Origin: Promethearchaeia archaeon
Lineage (GTDB): Archaea > Asgardarchaeota > Lokiarchaeia > Sigyniarchaeales > SOKP01
NCBI GenBank assembly: GCA_029856145.1
Contig: JAHQWK010000019.1
Span: 82,271-146,270, forward strand
Direction of reading: 5' to 3'
DNA length: 64,000 nucleotides
The notes below the pieces were generated by a model. The model ran no database searches, had not been told where the DNA came from, and saw only the letters and a program-made list of their open reading frames with translations. Positions 20,400 to 30,022 of the stretch are shown piece after piece. Both the position numbers and the translations under genes were made by a program. Within the stretch, counting starts at the first letter, position 1, and each line of letters starts with the position of its first letter.

Positions 20400-21623
20400 T
20401 TAATATAAGGTTTTAATCTGACTTATATCCTCTTTAAGGATTTCTAAGAATAAGTTTATCTGGTCTATTTGTTTATTAATTATCTCTATTTTTTTATCTA
20501 TAATCTCTGAATCTAATAAATTCTTTTTATCTAATTCTTTTCTTACAATAGTATACGATCTTATTTGATTTAATATATTTTGCATTCTTTTTATCTTAAT
20601 TTGAAATAATTTCTTATATTTTTTCAGATCTTCGAGCTTTATTTCAATACTTTCAATATAATTGAAGCATTTTTCAATATTTTCTTCTTTCTTTAAATTT
20701 TTAATAATTAATTTAATACTCATTAAATATGTTAACACTAACTCTTTTTGTTTTTTATCAATTGATTCAATTTCAATATCGGATCCTGGACCTACTTCAT
20801 CTAGTATGTCTGAAGTATATTTAATGTTAATTTTATTTGGAAATTTATTTAAAGCCTCGGATGATTTATTTGATTCTTTTAATATTTCAGTTTCATCAAA
20901 ATCAGTTAATAGTTCTAATTCATCCACTTCTACTTTTGTAATTAATGGCGAAAATTTTACTTGAAGCTGTTTTTTACCAAAATATTCATCCTTTTGTCTT
21001 AAAATTTGAGTATATATTTGGATAAATTCTTGCCCAATCGGAGCGAATAAAACTCCTCCGGTTTCATCAAGTTGATTTAATAGAGGGTTAATTTTCGATT
21101 GCTCAATTGCTCCAGTTATTAAAATTTTCTGCCAAGGACTTAATTCTGGCATCCCTTGTAAAGGGTTTTTAACAACAATAGAGATGCTATCATTTAATTT
21201 TAACTTTTTAAGATTTTTAGAAGTAATTTTAGCAATTTCAGAATTTGCCTCAAGAATAATAATTTCTCCCTTAGGGGCTAATTTATGCGCTAATGCTGCG
21301 ATATACCCACTTTTCGCGCCTAGTATTAATAAATCATCATTATCAGTTAAAGAAAGTCCTTGAAGCATAATTGATATCATATGAGGCGCAGAGATAGTCC
21401 TATAATTATTAGGATTTTGCTCATCATAATAAAATAGGTTTGGTACATCTTCATAAAGTTTGACGATGCTGAAGAATTTATCAGGGATAAACTTTTCTAA
21501 AGGAACTTCCATAAAAGCCTTTATTAATCGCTTATCTTTTAAAATGTCATTTAAAACTAAAGAATCTACGAGACGTTTCTTCTTTAATTTTAATTTTTCA
21601 TAGAGTCTTTCGTTTCTGTCCAA
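20400..21623 (-). CDS. pcm: protein-L-isoaspartate O-methyltransferase domain with long C-terminal coiled-coil extension
   Basis: ISAPHMISIMLQGLSL...LLILGAKSGYIAALAHKLAPKGEIIILE is the PCMT core. About 170 extra Lys/Glu/Ile-rich residues follow at the C-terminus. Confidence 0.7.
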   Translation of the reverse strand: MDRNERLYEKLKLKKKRLVDSLVLNDILKDKRLIKAFMEVPLEKFIPDKFFSIVKLYEDVPNLFYYDEQNPNNYRTISAPHMISIMLQGLSLTDNDDLLILGAKSGYIAALAHKLAPKGEIIILEANSEIAKITSKNLKKLKLNDSISIVVKNPLQGMPELSPWQKILITGAIEQSKINPLLNQLDETGGVLFAPIGQEFIQIYTQILRQKDEYFGKKQLQVKFSPLITKVEVDELELLTDFDETEILKESNKSSEALNKFPNKINIKYTSDILDEVGPGSDIEIESIDKKQKELVLTYLMSIKLIIKNLKKEENIEKCFNYIESIEIKLEDLKKYKKLFQIKIKRMQNILNQIRSYTIVRKELDKKNLLDSEIIDKKIEIINKQIDQINLFLEILKEDISQIKTLY

Positions 21624-21720
21624 AATTATATCAACTTTTTATGCTAAAAAAATAATATAAAAACAAATTATTATATTTTGTTATAATTTTTTTTAACTAT
21701 TTTAATAGGTCTCTTTCAAT

Positions 21721-22305
21721 ATGATGGTACTAGATGCTGAGAATTTGAAAGATGCAAAATTAACACTTACTTTAATCTTCATTAATGTTATTCTTTTTTT
21801 CTTCATTAATTTTGCTCCGCCAGAAATTTTCCTAGCTCTTGTACAAGATAATAGAAATATCATTGAAAACTTTGAAGTCTGGAGGTTAATCACCTCAGTT
21901 TTTGTTCATGCTGATCCGATGCATCTTTTTTCTAATATGATTGCTCTCCTATTGTTTGGTGCTACTGTTGAAACTAATACTAATATAACTAAAATATACT
22001 ACTTAATTATTTATTTTGTCTCAGGGTTAATTGGTAGTATATTTTCATTATTGCTGCTTCCAATAAATTCAATTAGCTTAGGTGCTTCAGGGGCTATTTT
22101 TGGATTAATCGGAGTTGCATTTATAATTGTAGCAACCGATTATCGCCCTCTCTTAATTTTTGCTCTATTTTATGTTGGGTTTTTCATTATAACCTCTTTT
22201 TCACCAGGTATTAATTATTGGGCTCATATATTTGGTTTATTAGGGGGACTTCTATTTGGTTATTTATTCTATACACGTAAAAGAAAAATCAAATTCGATT
22301 ATTGA
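21721..22305 (+). CDS. rhomboid intramembrane serine protease
   Basis: WRLITSVFVHADPMHLFSNM, catalytic GASGAIFGLIG, and the His in HIFGLLGG. Six TM segments. Confidence 0.85.
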   Translation: MMVLDAENLKDAKLTLTLIFINVILFFFINFAPPEIFLALVQDNRNIIENFEVWRLITSVFVHADPMHLFSNMIALLLFGATVETNTNITKIYYLIIYFVSGLIGSIFSLLLLPINSISLGASGAIFGLIGVAFIIVATDYRPLLIFALFYVGFFIITSFSPGINYWAHIFGLLGGLLFGYLFYTRKRKIKFDY

Positions 22306-22357
22306 CTATATTTAGATAAGATTTTCTTCTAAAGAATTCGTTTTAGTTCAATATCAT

Positions 22358-23023
22358 TTATTCTTTTTTCTTTTTCTTTTTCTTTGCTAATTCCATACTA
22401 AAATCTTTTGGACAAATATCTTTGATTACACATATCTCACATTTTGGGCGGATCGATACACATATTTGTTGTCCAAACCTTACAAATAATCTGTTTAATT
22501 TTAACCAAAGTTCCTTTGGAACTGTTTTCTTTAATGCTACTTCTGTTTGTAAAGGATTTTTTGTTTTTACCCAACCTAATCTGTTGCTTATACGGTTTAC
22601 GTGAACATCCACTGGAATTGCTGGTATTTTAAAAGCGTAAACCAAAACACAATTTGCTGTTTTGCTTCCTACACCAGGTAAATCGATTAAGTTCTCATAA
22701 TTTTCAGGCACTTTACTGTTGTATTTTTTAATTAAAACATTCGAGACTTCTTTTATTCGAGCAGCTTTAACCTTATAAAAACCTGAGCTTTTTACAAGCG
22801 GTTCAATATCTTCAATATCTGCTTCAGAGAGTGATTTTGGATTGTTATATTTAGCAAATAATTTTTCAGTCGCTATTCTTGTATTTGCATCTCTAGTGCG
22901 TGCTGATAATATAGTTGAGATTAAGATTTTAAAAGGATCTTGCTTCTTATTAGCTAACTCATCTAAATGAGCTTCTCCTTCCAGTTGTGTCTCAATTTTA
23001 TCTAAAATCTCTTTATAACTCAT
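22358..23023 (-). CDS. nth: endonuclease III (Nth) DNA glycosylase/AP lyase
   Basis: HhH-GPD LPGVGSKTANCVL, catalytic Asp in VDVHVNRISNRLG, FeS loop CVSIRPKCEICVIKDIC. Confidence 0.9.
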   Translation of the reverse strand: MSYKEILDKIETQLEGEAHLDELANKKQDPFKILISTILSARTRDANTRIATEKLFAKYNNPKSLSEADIEDIEPLVKSSGFYKVKAARIKEVSNVLIKKYNSKVPENYENLIDLPGVGSKTANCVLVYAFKIPAIPVDVHVNRISNRLGWVKTKNPLQTEVALKKTVPKELWLKLNRLFVRFGQQICVSIRPKCEICVIKDICPKDFSMELAKKKKKKKE

Positions 23024-24435
23024 TTTTCTTCAATTTTTTCTAAGACATATAGTTTCCTTTTTATTATTTGTCCTTTTTTAGCATCAATAATACTTTTGAT
23101 ATGTTGTTTGCGAAACTTAAGTTTCTGATTAAATTTATTAGGAATCCTATTGAGGTCTAATATTGGTACGAGTCTAAAGTTATTTTTATTAGCAATTTTT
23201 TCAATATTAACTTGCAAGTTATTTCCATCCAAAGTGCTAATAATGGGAGAAATAAAACATATTCTAGAATTAGTTTTTATTATTTTATACGCTTCTCTGA
23301 AAAACTCATCATATAGAGGAGTCAATTCTGTATCTATTAATTCTTTAACTTGTGAATAATATGGTTTTTCGGTGTAAAAAGGTGCGAATTCTGGTTCAGT
23401 GCATATACCATCAAAAAAATAAGGTTCAAAAATACTAGATATCTTTCTCGCATTCTGTTTTAAAATTCTTTGATGAGTAAACGGAGGTATTTCTTCTTCT
23501 AAAAACTCTAATAACCAATGAATATTGCGAATGGTATTATTCACTTTCTGAATGTCTTTATCCGAGCCATATATTTGAAAATCTTGTATTATAGCGAATA
23601 AAGTAATTGTTCCATTTCCAACAAAGGGATCAAGAATCTTCTTGCTTTGTCTATTTTCAAATAAATTCAAAAAATTTAACATAATTAAAGAAAGTTTAGG
23701 AGAAATTGCACTTTTAAATTCTTTATGGGGTTTTTCCTCATCAATTTGCTTTTTAAAATTAGGGTCATCTGTAGTAAATGTTCTTGCAATGTATAAACCT
23801 TCTTCTGTAAAGCCAAAAATTATTTCTGCTCTATTTTCTTTAAGAAGCTCAAATCTAATTACATGATGTGGAAATATTGGATTCAAATTGCCTGATTTGA
23901 TGTATTTTTCTGGATACTGATAATATAAGGCTTTTACGGCTCCCTTTTGTTTAAGTATTTCCATTATTTCTTTATTTAGAAATGGTAAAAGATGCTTAAC
24001 TAGAACTTCCGAATAATATTCATCATCATAAAGATTAGGATAAATTGATACAGCAAAAAACATACTTTCATAAACTTTCGGAAATATTCCCTTTTTCCCA
24101 ATAATGATGTTATCAATAATAGCTAGGATCTTCTTTCTTATTTTTTCAACATATCTAAATTCACTAATTTGAACTGGAAAAGCATCTTGAATTGTATTAA
24201 TGTCAATGAAATCATAAATTTGTGCAATCTTTTGGCATCCTCCCAAAATAAATTGGATTTCCATGAGTTTATTAATGTAATGTTTGTCTTGATGTAATTT
24301 TTCGAACTCTACTATTGCTATATTAGCAGAATAATCTATAATCTTCCCTTGATTTGAGGAATATTTGAGATAATTATCTAATTCTGCAATTGAGAGTTGC
24401 CAATTTGAACCTAAAACAAAAATAAATCTTTCCAT
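23020..24435 (-). CDS. putative SAM-dependent N-methyltransferase (UPF0020/Trm11/Trm14-like)
   Basis: Motif I ILDPFVGNGTITLFA. Atypical motif IV candidate CTEPEF. The stop overlaps the nth start (ATGA). Confidence 0.45.
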   Translation of the reverse strand: MERFIFVLGSNWQLSIAELDNYLKYSSNQGKIIDYSANIAIVEFEKLHQDKHYINKLMEIQFILGGCQKIAQIYDFIDINTIQDAFPVQISEFRYVEKIRKKILAIIDNIIIGKKGIFPKVYESMFFAVSIYPNLYDDEYYSEVLVKHLLPFLNKEIMEILKQKGAVKALYYQYPEKYIKSGNLNPIFPHHVIRFELLKENRAEIIFGFTEEGLYIARTFTTDDPNFKKQIDEEKPHKEFKSAISPKLSLIMLNFLNLFENRQSKKILDPFVGNGTITLFAIIQDFQIYGSDKDIQKVNNTIRNIHWLLEFLEEEIPPFTHQRILKQNARKISSIFEPYFFDGICTEPEFAPFYTEKPYYSQVKELIDTELTPLYDEFFREAYKIIKTNSRICFISPIISTLDGNNLQVNIEKIANKNNFRLVPILDLNRIPNKFNQKLKFRKQHIKSIIDAKKGQIIKRKLYVLEKIEEK

Positions 24436-24492
24436 AATTAGAAAAAAAATTAATTAAATAGTAAAAGAACAGATTAAATTTCTATTTTATTG

Positions 24493-25752
24493 TTAACTTT
24501 TATACTTCTTTTCTATCCATTCTTTAAAAGCTATTGTAGCTTTTCCGTGCCATATGGCTTTCTTCGGGAAGCCTTTTTCAAAATCAATAATGTCCTGATT
24601 CGTGTAGTCTAACGAATCTATTTCATTACCCTCCTCAATCTCTTCTTTGTCTAAATCTATAGAAATCTCATACTTCTCTCCAGTAATATCCTCTAAAGCA
24701 CTCATAATATCTTCAAGATCTTCTCTCTTTCTGACATCAACAGGTACTTTTTCCAATACTTTATCTTCAACAATTTCTTCTTTTTCTGCTTCTTTAATAG
24801 TTTTTTCATATGCTTTTCGTTTTTCTAATCGCTCTAATCTTAATTTTTTTATTTCCTCAATAATCCCATTATAATTATCCTTGAAGTATTTTAAACTTAC
24901 ATTAATGAGATCTGAAACATTGTCCCATTTTTCCTTTTTAACAATATCTTCCACCCAATAATATAAATCCATATTTAATTCGACTGTTACGGGTTTACCT
25001 TCAGAATCTAAGCTCCCTATCAAAAAACTCAGAATACTAGCTATTAAAATATCATTATCAAGAGCAGAAAAACCATACTCACGAGCAAGAGACGAGAATA
25101 TACTAAAATTTCCAAACCCAACGACTTTACCTTTATAATATTCTACAACAACCATTAATGGAATTTTAGGACTATCTTCTTCAATCCAATATTCTCCATT
25201 ATACCGTTTACGCCAACAGTTTAATCCAGACTGTAATAACCAATCTATTTTTATATTCTTCTCATCTTCAACAAAATCTAAGATTTGAGTTGAACAAGAA
25301 CTTGAAAACACTACTTTTTTTAAATTTTCTGTTATTACATGAGGTTTAAATGCATTTATTAATGGTCTTTTTTGAAGATTTATATAATTCACAGAGTCTT
25401 GTATCTCGTCTGAAACAAACTCGAATCCGAATTTTCTCGTTAGCTCATTTAAATTAGTGCTATTCGTATAATCTCCTCCCGTTGAGCTAACAACTAAAAG
25501 ACTTCCTCCATTTTTTACATAATTTTCAAGAATTTTAATCTCATTTGGCTGTAATTTTGTGTTTTTTGGTGTTGAAAGAATTATCATATTATATTTCTTC
25601 AGCTCATTTATAGAATTAAATCCTGATTCTATTTTCCCTAATTTATATCCAGAAGTGAATAAAAACTGTGTAAATTCACCGAAACTGGGTGATTCTAAGG
25701 TTAAAATATTATTATGAGAATAATCAAAGGCAATACTAGTCTTTCCATTCAA
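24493..25752 (-). CDS. hypothetical protein (DUF4350/GldG-like N-terminal domain, charged C-terminal region)
   Basis: IAFDYSHNN...YNMIILSTPKNTKLQPNEIKILENYVKNGGSLLVVSSTGGD resembles the GATase1-like DUF4350 pattern. The assignment rests on memory only. Confidence 0.4.
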   Translation of the reverse strand: MNGKTSIAFDYSHNNILTLESPSFGEFTQFLFTSGYKLGKIESGFNSINELKKYNMIILSTPKNTKLQPNEIKILENYVKNGGSLLVVSSTGGDYTNSTNLNELTRKFGFEFVSDEIQDSVNYINLQKRPLINAFKPHVITENLKKVVFSSSCSTQILDFVEDEKNIKIDWLLQSGLNCWRKRYNGEYWIEEDSPKIPLMVVVEYYKGKVVGFGNFSIFSSLAREYGFSALDNDILIASILSFLIGSLDSEGKPVTVELNMDLYYWVEDIVKKEKWDNVSDLINVSLKYFKDNYNGIIEEIKKLRLERLEKRKAYEKTIKEAEKEEIVEDKVLEKVPVDVRKREDLEDIMSALEDITGEKYEISIDLDKEEIEEGNEIDSLDYTNQDIIDFEKGFPKKAIWHGKATIAFKEWIEKKYKS

Positions 25753-25847
25753 TTTTGTTCATACTCATTAATTATATATTTAAATAAAAATTAGTGCACT
25801 CTTCTTATTTCTATATATGATATATTTCTTCTATTCTATAAATAAAA

Positions 25848-26708
25848 TTATCTAAATTTTAAACACAAAATATCTAGAACAACATGAAATAAATGAGGGC
25901 CATAACTTTTTACCGTCCTATGTGATTTTAATTCACAATTATAACCTTCCTTAAAAGCGATTTCGTTAAATCCTTTAAATAGAACACTAAAATTATCTTT
26001 CTCTACCACCCCTTCATAATGAAACATCGTTCCTTTATCTTTCACTAAAATTAAAGCTTTTTTTATGTAATCTTTAGGTGCAGGAAAAACACCCATGATT
26101 ACCCTGTCAGCTCTAATTCCAGATTCACTAAGTTTTTCAACCTCAATCTTACAATTTCCTTTTATTGGTATAATTTTATCAATTAAATGATTTATTCTTA
26201 TATTTTCAACTAAGCATTTATATGATTCAGGGTTAAGCTCAATACTATAGATTTTTTTTACTGAAGAATGTTTCGCTATTGGTAGTGAAAAATATCCCAT
26301 ACCTGCAAACATATCTATGATAACTTCTCCACTTTTTACAAGTGTTGCGAGATATCTTCTTTCATTAATATTACCTTTACTAAACATAAGTTTAGTTATA
26401 TCGAACTTATATATCACATTATGCTCTTTATGCTCGACAATAGGATTATCTTTTCCTCCTATTAATTCAATTTTTTCTGGTTCTCTAAAGGCCCCCACTA
26501 TTTTACCTCTGTTTACATAAACCGATCTTACTCTTGGCAACAATTCTAGGTATGCCTTAGCAATACAGCTTTCCTTATTAAATAATTTCTGATTCAACTT
26601 TAAGATTATAATATTTCCCAAAGTCTGGAAGCCACGTGGAAGAAGCGAGAGTTCTTCTTCCTTTAAAAAATCTTTTAAACTTTCTTTCAGCTTCTTTTTA
26701 AAGTTCAT
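25848..26708 (-). CDS. tRNA methyltransferase of the Trm5/Taw2 (Met-10+) family
   Basis: MFSKGNINERRYLATLVKSGEVIIDMFAGMGYFSLPIAKH is the hallmark Trm5/TYW2 motif. Confidence 0.8.
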   Translation of the reverse strand: MNFKKKLKESLKDFLKEEELSLLPRGFQTLGNIIILKLNQKLFNKESCIAKAYLELLPRVRSVYVNRGKIVGAFREPEKIELIGGKDNPIVEHKEHNVIYKFDITKLMFSKGNINERRYLATLVKSGEVIIDMFAGMGYFSLPIAKHSSVKKIYSIELNPESYKCLVENIRINHLIDKIIPIKGNCKIEVEKLSESGIRADRVIMGVFPAPKDYIKKALILVKDKGTMFHYEGVVEKDNFSVLFKGFNEIAFKEGYNCELKSHRTVKSYGPHLFHVVLDILCLKFR

Positions 26709-26847
26709 GATAATTATGTCTAAAAAAGTATATAATAATTTAAAATTTGAAATATTAAATTCATTATTACTTCTTATGAATAAATCAAGTTAAGTTATTA
26801 TAATAACAACAAACCAATCATAATTGAAATAAAAAAAGTGAATTAAT

Positions 26848-28707
26848 ATGCCGAGTTTAAATGATCCAGAATTTTTAGTTGATGAGAATAAAGTATGGTT
26901 TACAGGGGGATATTGGCCCGAAGGTATGCCCAAACAATTAAGAGATATTGAAGATGTTGATATTTTACCAATGTGGGAATATTTTCTGATGGCTGCTGAT
27001 TTATATGGGACTTGGGATAATGATATTTGTGTCTTTGTATATGGTCCATATATGGAGCGCGTAAAACTAAGAACTTTATTTGATTATGCAAAACGATTTG
27101 GAACGTTTCTCTATGAAAAACTGGGAATAAGAAAGGGTGATGTTGTTGCTATTGATTTACCGAATTCTATTAATTTTGTAGTTGCTTATATGGGCTGTCA
27201 ATATATAGGTGCAATTATGCAAGGTATTAATCCAACTTACCGACCAATGGAGCTTTTACATTCTTTAAATATGACAAAAGCGAAAGTCTTTGTTATGATG
27301 GATATGCTATACATTGCAGGCCCGAAAGATATACTACCAAAAACTGATGTAAAGTTTGTAATACCTACTAATTTTGTAGATTTTCTGACTGCTGATGAGG
27401 CTATGCTTGAAAAATTGGGCATTCCAAGTGCCAGAGACAAGATACCAGAAGAAACAGAACACTATAAAATATATTGGATGGACAAAATTATAAAGGAAAC
27501 ACAACCAGAAGATATCAAAACTCAGATTGATCCTTGGGCGGATCCAGCAATATATCTTATGACTGGAGGGACTACAGGGTTACCTAAAGTTGCAATGCTT
27601 TCACATGCAAACTTAAGTACCAATCTTAATATGGCTAAACCTTGGACGCAGCTTGAACCAGGAATGTTAACTATTGGCTCTCTTCCCTTTTTCCATAGCT
27701 TTGGTATGACTTGTGTCATGAATGCTGCTCTTGGCCTAGGAATGGTTATGCTACTTTTCCCCAAGCCACCTTCTGATGATATTCTATGTGAAACAATAAA
27801 CAAGATTGATACTCCTAAAGGAATAATGTATACAGGAGTAGAAATGTTGTTCAAAAGACTAACAGATTTTGTAAATGATATGGGCGTAGAAGAATTCAAG
27901 AAAAAATATGACTTTTGGAAGAAATTAAAATATGCTACTCAAGGTGCAGGCCCATTACACGATTATGTGAGAATCCCATTTGAAGAGATCTTTTGTCCAA
28001 TACGTTCTGGTTATGGATTGACTGAAACCTCTCCTATTCAGAGTATTGCACCCTTTTGGGGGCCAACGAAAACTGGAAAATTAGGATTACCCATTCCTGG
28101 AGCTGATTGGGCCATTTTTAATTCAGAAGATTTCGACGCAGGACCTATTTGTGATGGAACTAAAGAAAGAGGAGGTTTTGGGATAGAAAATACAGGAGAA
28201 ATTTGTTGTGCTGGGCCACATATCATGTTAGGATATTTAGGAAAACAAAAAGAACAAGAAGATAATTTGAAACATTGGGGTGGGAAACGTTGGTTGCTAA
28301 CTGGTGATATAGGTTTTATGGATGAGCATGGATGGGTTGAGATACGAGATCGTAAAAAATCTTTGGTTAAGGTTTCAGGGCATTCAGTTTTTCCAAAAGA
28401 AGTTGAGGAGTTATTAGGAAAGCATACGGCAATTGATGAAGTTGCTGTTGCGGGTATACCCGACAAAATGACGGGTGAAGCGGTAAAAGCGTGGGTTACT
28501 CTTAAAAAAGGATATAAAATCGATAAGAATATAACAATTGAAGAAATAAAAAAATGGGCTATTGAGAATATGGCAAAGTGGAAGTCGCCACGATTTATAG
28601 AGGTTGTACGAAAAATGCCAGTTAGCATGACTGGTAAAGTTCAGAGACGTGAATTACAAGAAAAAGATTTAGCTAAACTTGAACAAGGAAAATCCATTAA
28701 AGGTTAG
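26848..28707 (+). CDS. AMP-forming acyl-CoA synthetase (ANL superfamily)
   Basis: TGGTTGLPKVAMLSH, GYGLTETS, TGDIGFMDEHGWVEIRDRKK, and the terminal GKVQRREL. Confidence 0.85.
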   Translation: MPSLNDPEFLVDENKVWFTGGYWPEGMPKQLRDIEDVDILPMWEYFLMAADLYGTWDNDICVFVYGPYMERVKLRTLFDYAKRFGTFLYEKLGIRKGDVVAIDLPNSINFVVAYMGCQYIGAIMQGINPTYRPMELLHSLNMTKAKVFVMMDMLYIAGPKDILPKTDVKFVIPTNFVDFLTADEAMLEKLGIPSARDKIPEETEHYKIYWMDKIIKETQPEDIKTQIDPWADPAIYLMTGGTTGLPKVAMLSHANLSTNLNMAKPWTQLEPGMLTIGSLPFFHSFGMTCVMNAALGLGMVMLLFPKPPSDDILCETINKIDTPKGIMYTGVEMLFKRLTDFVNDMGVEEFKKKYDFWKKLKYATQGAGPLHDYVRIPFEEIFCPIRSGYGLTETSPIQSIAPFWGPTKTGKLGLPIPGADWAIFNSEDFDAGPICDGTKERGGFGIENTGEICCAGPHIMLGYLGKQKEQEDNLKHWGGKRWLLTGDIGFMDEHGWVEIRDRKKSLVKVSGHSVFPKEVEELLGKHTAIDEVAVAGIPDKMTGEAVKAWVTLKKGYKIDKNITIEEIKKWAIENMAKWKSPRFIEVVRKMPVSMTGKVQRRELQEKDLAKLEQGKSIKG

Positions 28708-28757
28708 GCACATAAGGTTATATCAACTTGATTTTTTTTAACTTATTAATTCTTTTT

Positions 28758-29123
28758 TTAAAAACTTTTTAAAATACCCCCATTTATTAATTCAGTTAAT
28801 TCTATACTTTTCGTTTTACCTGAATTCTTATAATCTGCCATTGTTATAGAAAATAAATAGGCATCTGTGGTTTCAACTTCTACAACAAAAATTTTTCCTT
28901 TTTTTATTTGTGACACTTTATTAATTTTTAATAAGGGAATCTTAAATCCTTCATTGAATTTATCAACGGAGGTGCCTATTTCTGTTAAACTTATATTAGT
29001 TTTTTTTATAAGTAATAATTGATGATTTGTTAATATTATTCTTCCTAATTTCATATCAAACTGCCAATTCTTACCCACTTCTCCTTCACAGAAATACCCT
29101 TCTGAATTAAAAAGCAATGACAT
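28758..29123 (-). CDS. hypothetical protein, possible PH/GRAM-like fold
   Basis: GRIILTNHQLLLIKK...FKIPLLKINKVSQ resembles GRAM/bacterial-PH strand patterns. Weak evidence. Confidence 0.35.
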   Translation of the reverse strand: MSLLFNSEGYFCEGEVGKNWQFDMKLGRIILTNHQLLLIKKTNISLTEIGTSVDKFNEGFKIPLLKINKVSQIKKGKIFVVEVETTDAYLFSITMADYKNSGKTKSIELTELINGGILKSF

Positions 29124-29307
29124 GATTATTACATTTTCTTCTTTTTGTATTGAATTAATATAATCAGTTTTTTTATTTTTAATTTATTTTCTTTTACGGG
29201 TATATTACATGAAAAGTTTTTTAGATGACATCATCAATTAAATTTATAAGAATAAATTAGTACTAAAATTATTATACATATCAAATAAATTACAATTCAG
29301 AAAAAAA

Positions 29308-29838
29308 ATGTCGTTACAAAAAACTCGAGAATTTATGCTTCAAGAAAAGATGATCTCTTTAAGGGATAAAGGTAAGATAATGAACTTAAATAAAGAAGTT
29401 ATTGGCACTTTCGCTGGTAAAATAATAAAAATTGGTAATACTTACCGTATAAGAGATCTTGATGAGAATCCTGTATTAACTGTTCATGAAAAAGTAATTT
29501 CAATGCGTTCCTCTTATAAATTCTATAAAGGTGGGGAAGAGGATGAAGACAAATACATCGGGAAACTGAAAAGAAAACTTGTGTCTATTAAACCAAGTTA
29601 CTGGTTTGAGGATCCAAATGAAAATAGAGTTTTTACAATGAAGGGAAATATCTGGACTCTGAAATTTAAGATATTAAAAGACAACAAGGTTGTTGCTGAA
29701 ATTCATAAAAAACTATTTAAGAGTCTAATCAAAGGAACATATGGAATAAAAATGCCTCCTGACTTAGATGATGATTCAGCTATGCTCGTATTAGGTATAG
29801 TTTTGATGCTTCATCATGAAAAGGAAGAAAATAGATAA
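29308..29838 (+). CDS. LURP-one-related (LOR/DUF567) tubby-C-terminal-like protein
   Basis: KMISLRDKGKIMNLNKEVIGTFAGKIIKIGNTYRIRDLDENPVLTVHEKVISMRSSYKFYKG follows the LOR repeat-strand pattern. Confidence 0.5.
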   Translation: MSLQKTREFMLQEKMISLRDKGKIMNLNKEVIGTFAGKIIKIGNTYRIRDLDENPVLTVHEKVISMRSSYKFYKGGEEDEDKYIGKLKRKLVSIKPSYWFEDPNENRVFTMKGNIWTLKFKILKDNKVVAEIHKKLFKSLIKGTYGIKMPPDLDDDSAMLVLGIVLMLHHEKEENR

Positions 29839-30022
29839 AAACCAGTCTCTCTATCTTTTTTTTTATTTTTTTAAAGAAAGTAATACAATTTTATTTTGAT
29901 TTTTTTCTTATATCTTACGGATATCACACTCATCTATTAATTTGGGATAAATTTATATTTATAAAATTTTATGTGTTGCATACAACTTTTTTATTATTTT
30001 TATCCTTTGTGGGGTATAAATT

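Noticed and set aside
28038-28628. 196-aa ORF antisense to the acyl-CoA synthetase gene. Other antisense or overlapping ORFs in the track: 1280-1462, 2684-2944, 3244-3531, 4825-5193, 5308-5562, 5719-5979, 7540-7764, 16922-17377, 19163-19357, 19900-20100, 20662-20964, 21702-21893, 22422-22632, 23150-23359, 23642-23866, 24647-24874, 26317-26520, 26900-27091, 27237-27440, 27522-27899, 32691-32918, 33320-33562, 34099-34314, 35012-35236, 36277-36543, 36556-36822, 41947-42150, 47336-47611, 47959-48228, 48791-48976, 49288-49497, 52917-53168, 53692-53901, 55140-55424, 55455-55736, 58708-59151, 59271-59504, 60935-61138, 61198-61422, 62398-62730, 62657-62851, 62917-63234, 63575-63760 and 63624-63854.
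   Set aside because: Each lies inside, and opposite to or out of frame with, a longer ORF that has clear family motifs. Their translations are low-complexity Ser/Leu/Phe/Ile-rich strings typical of shadow frames.
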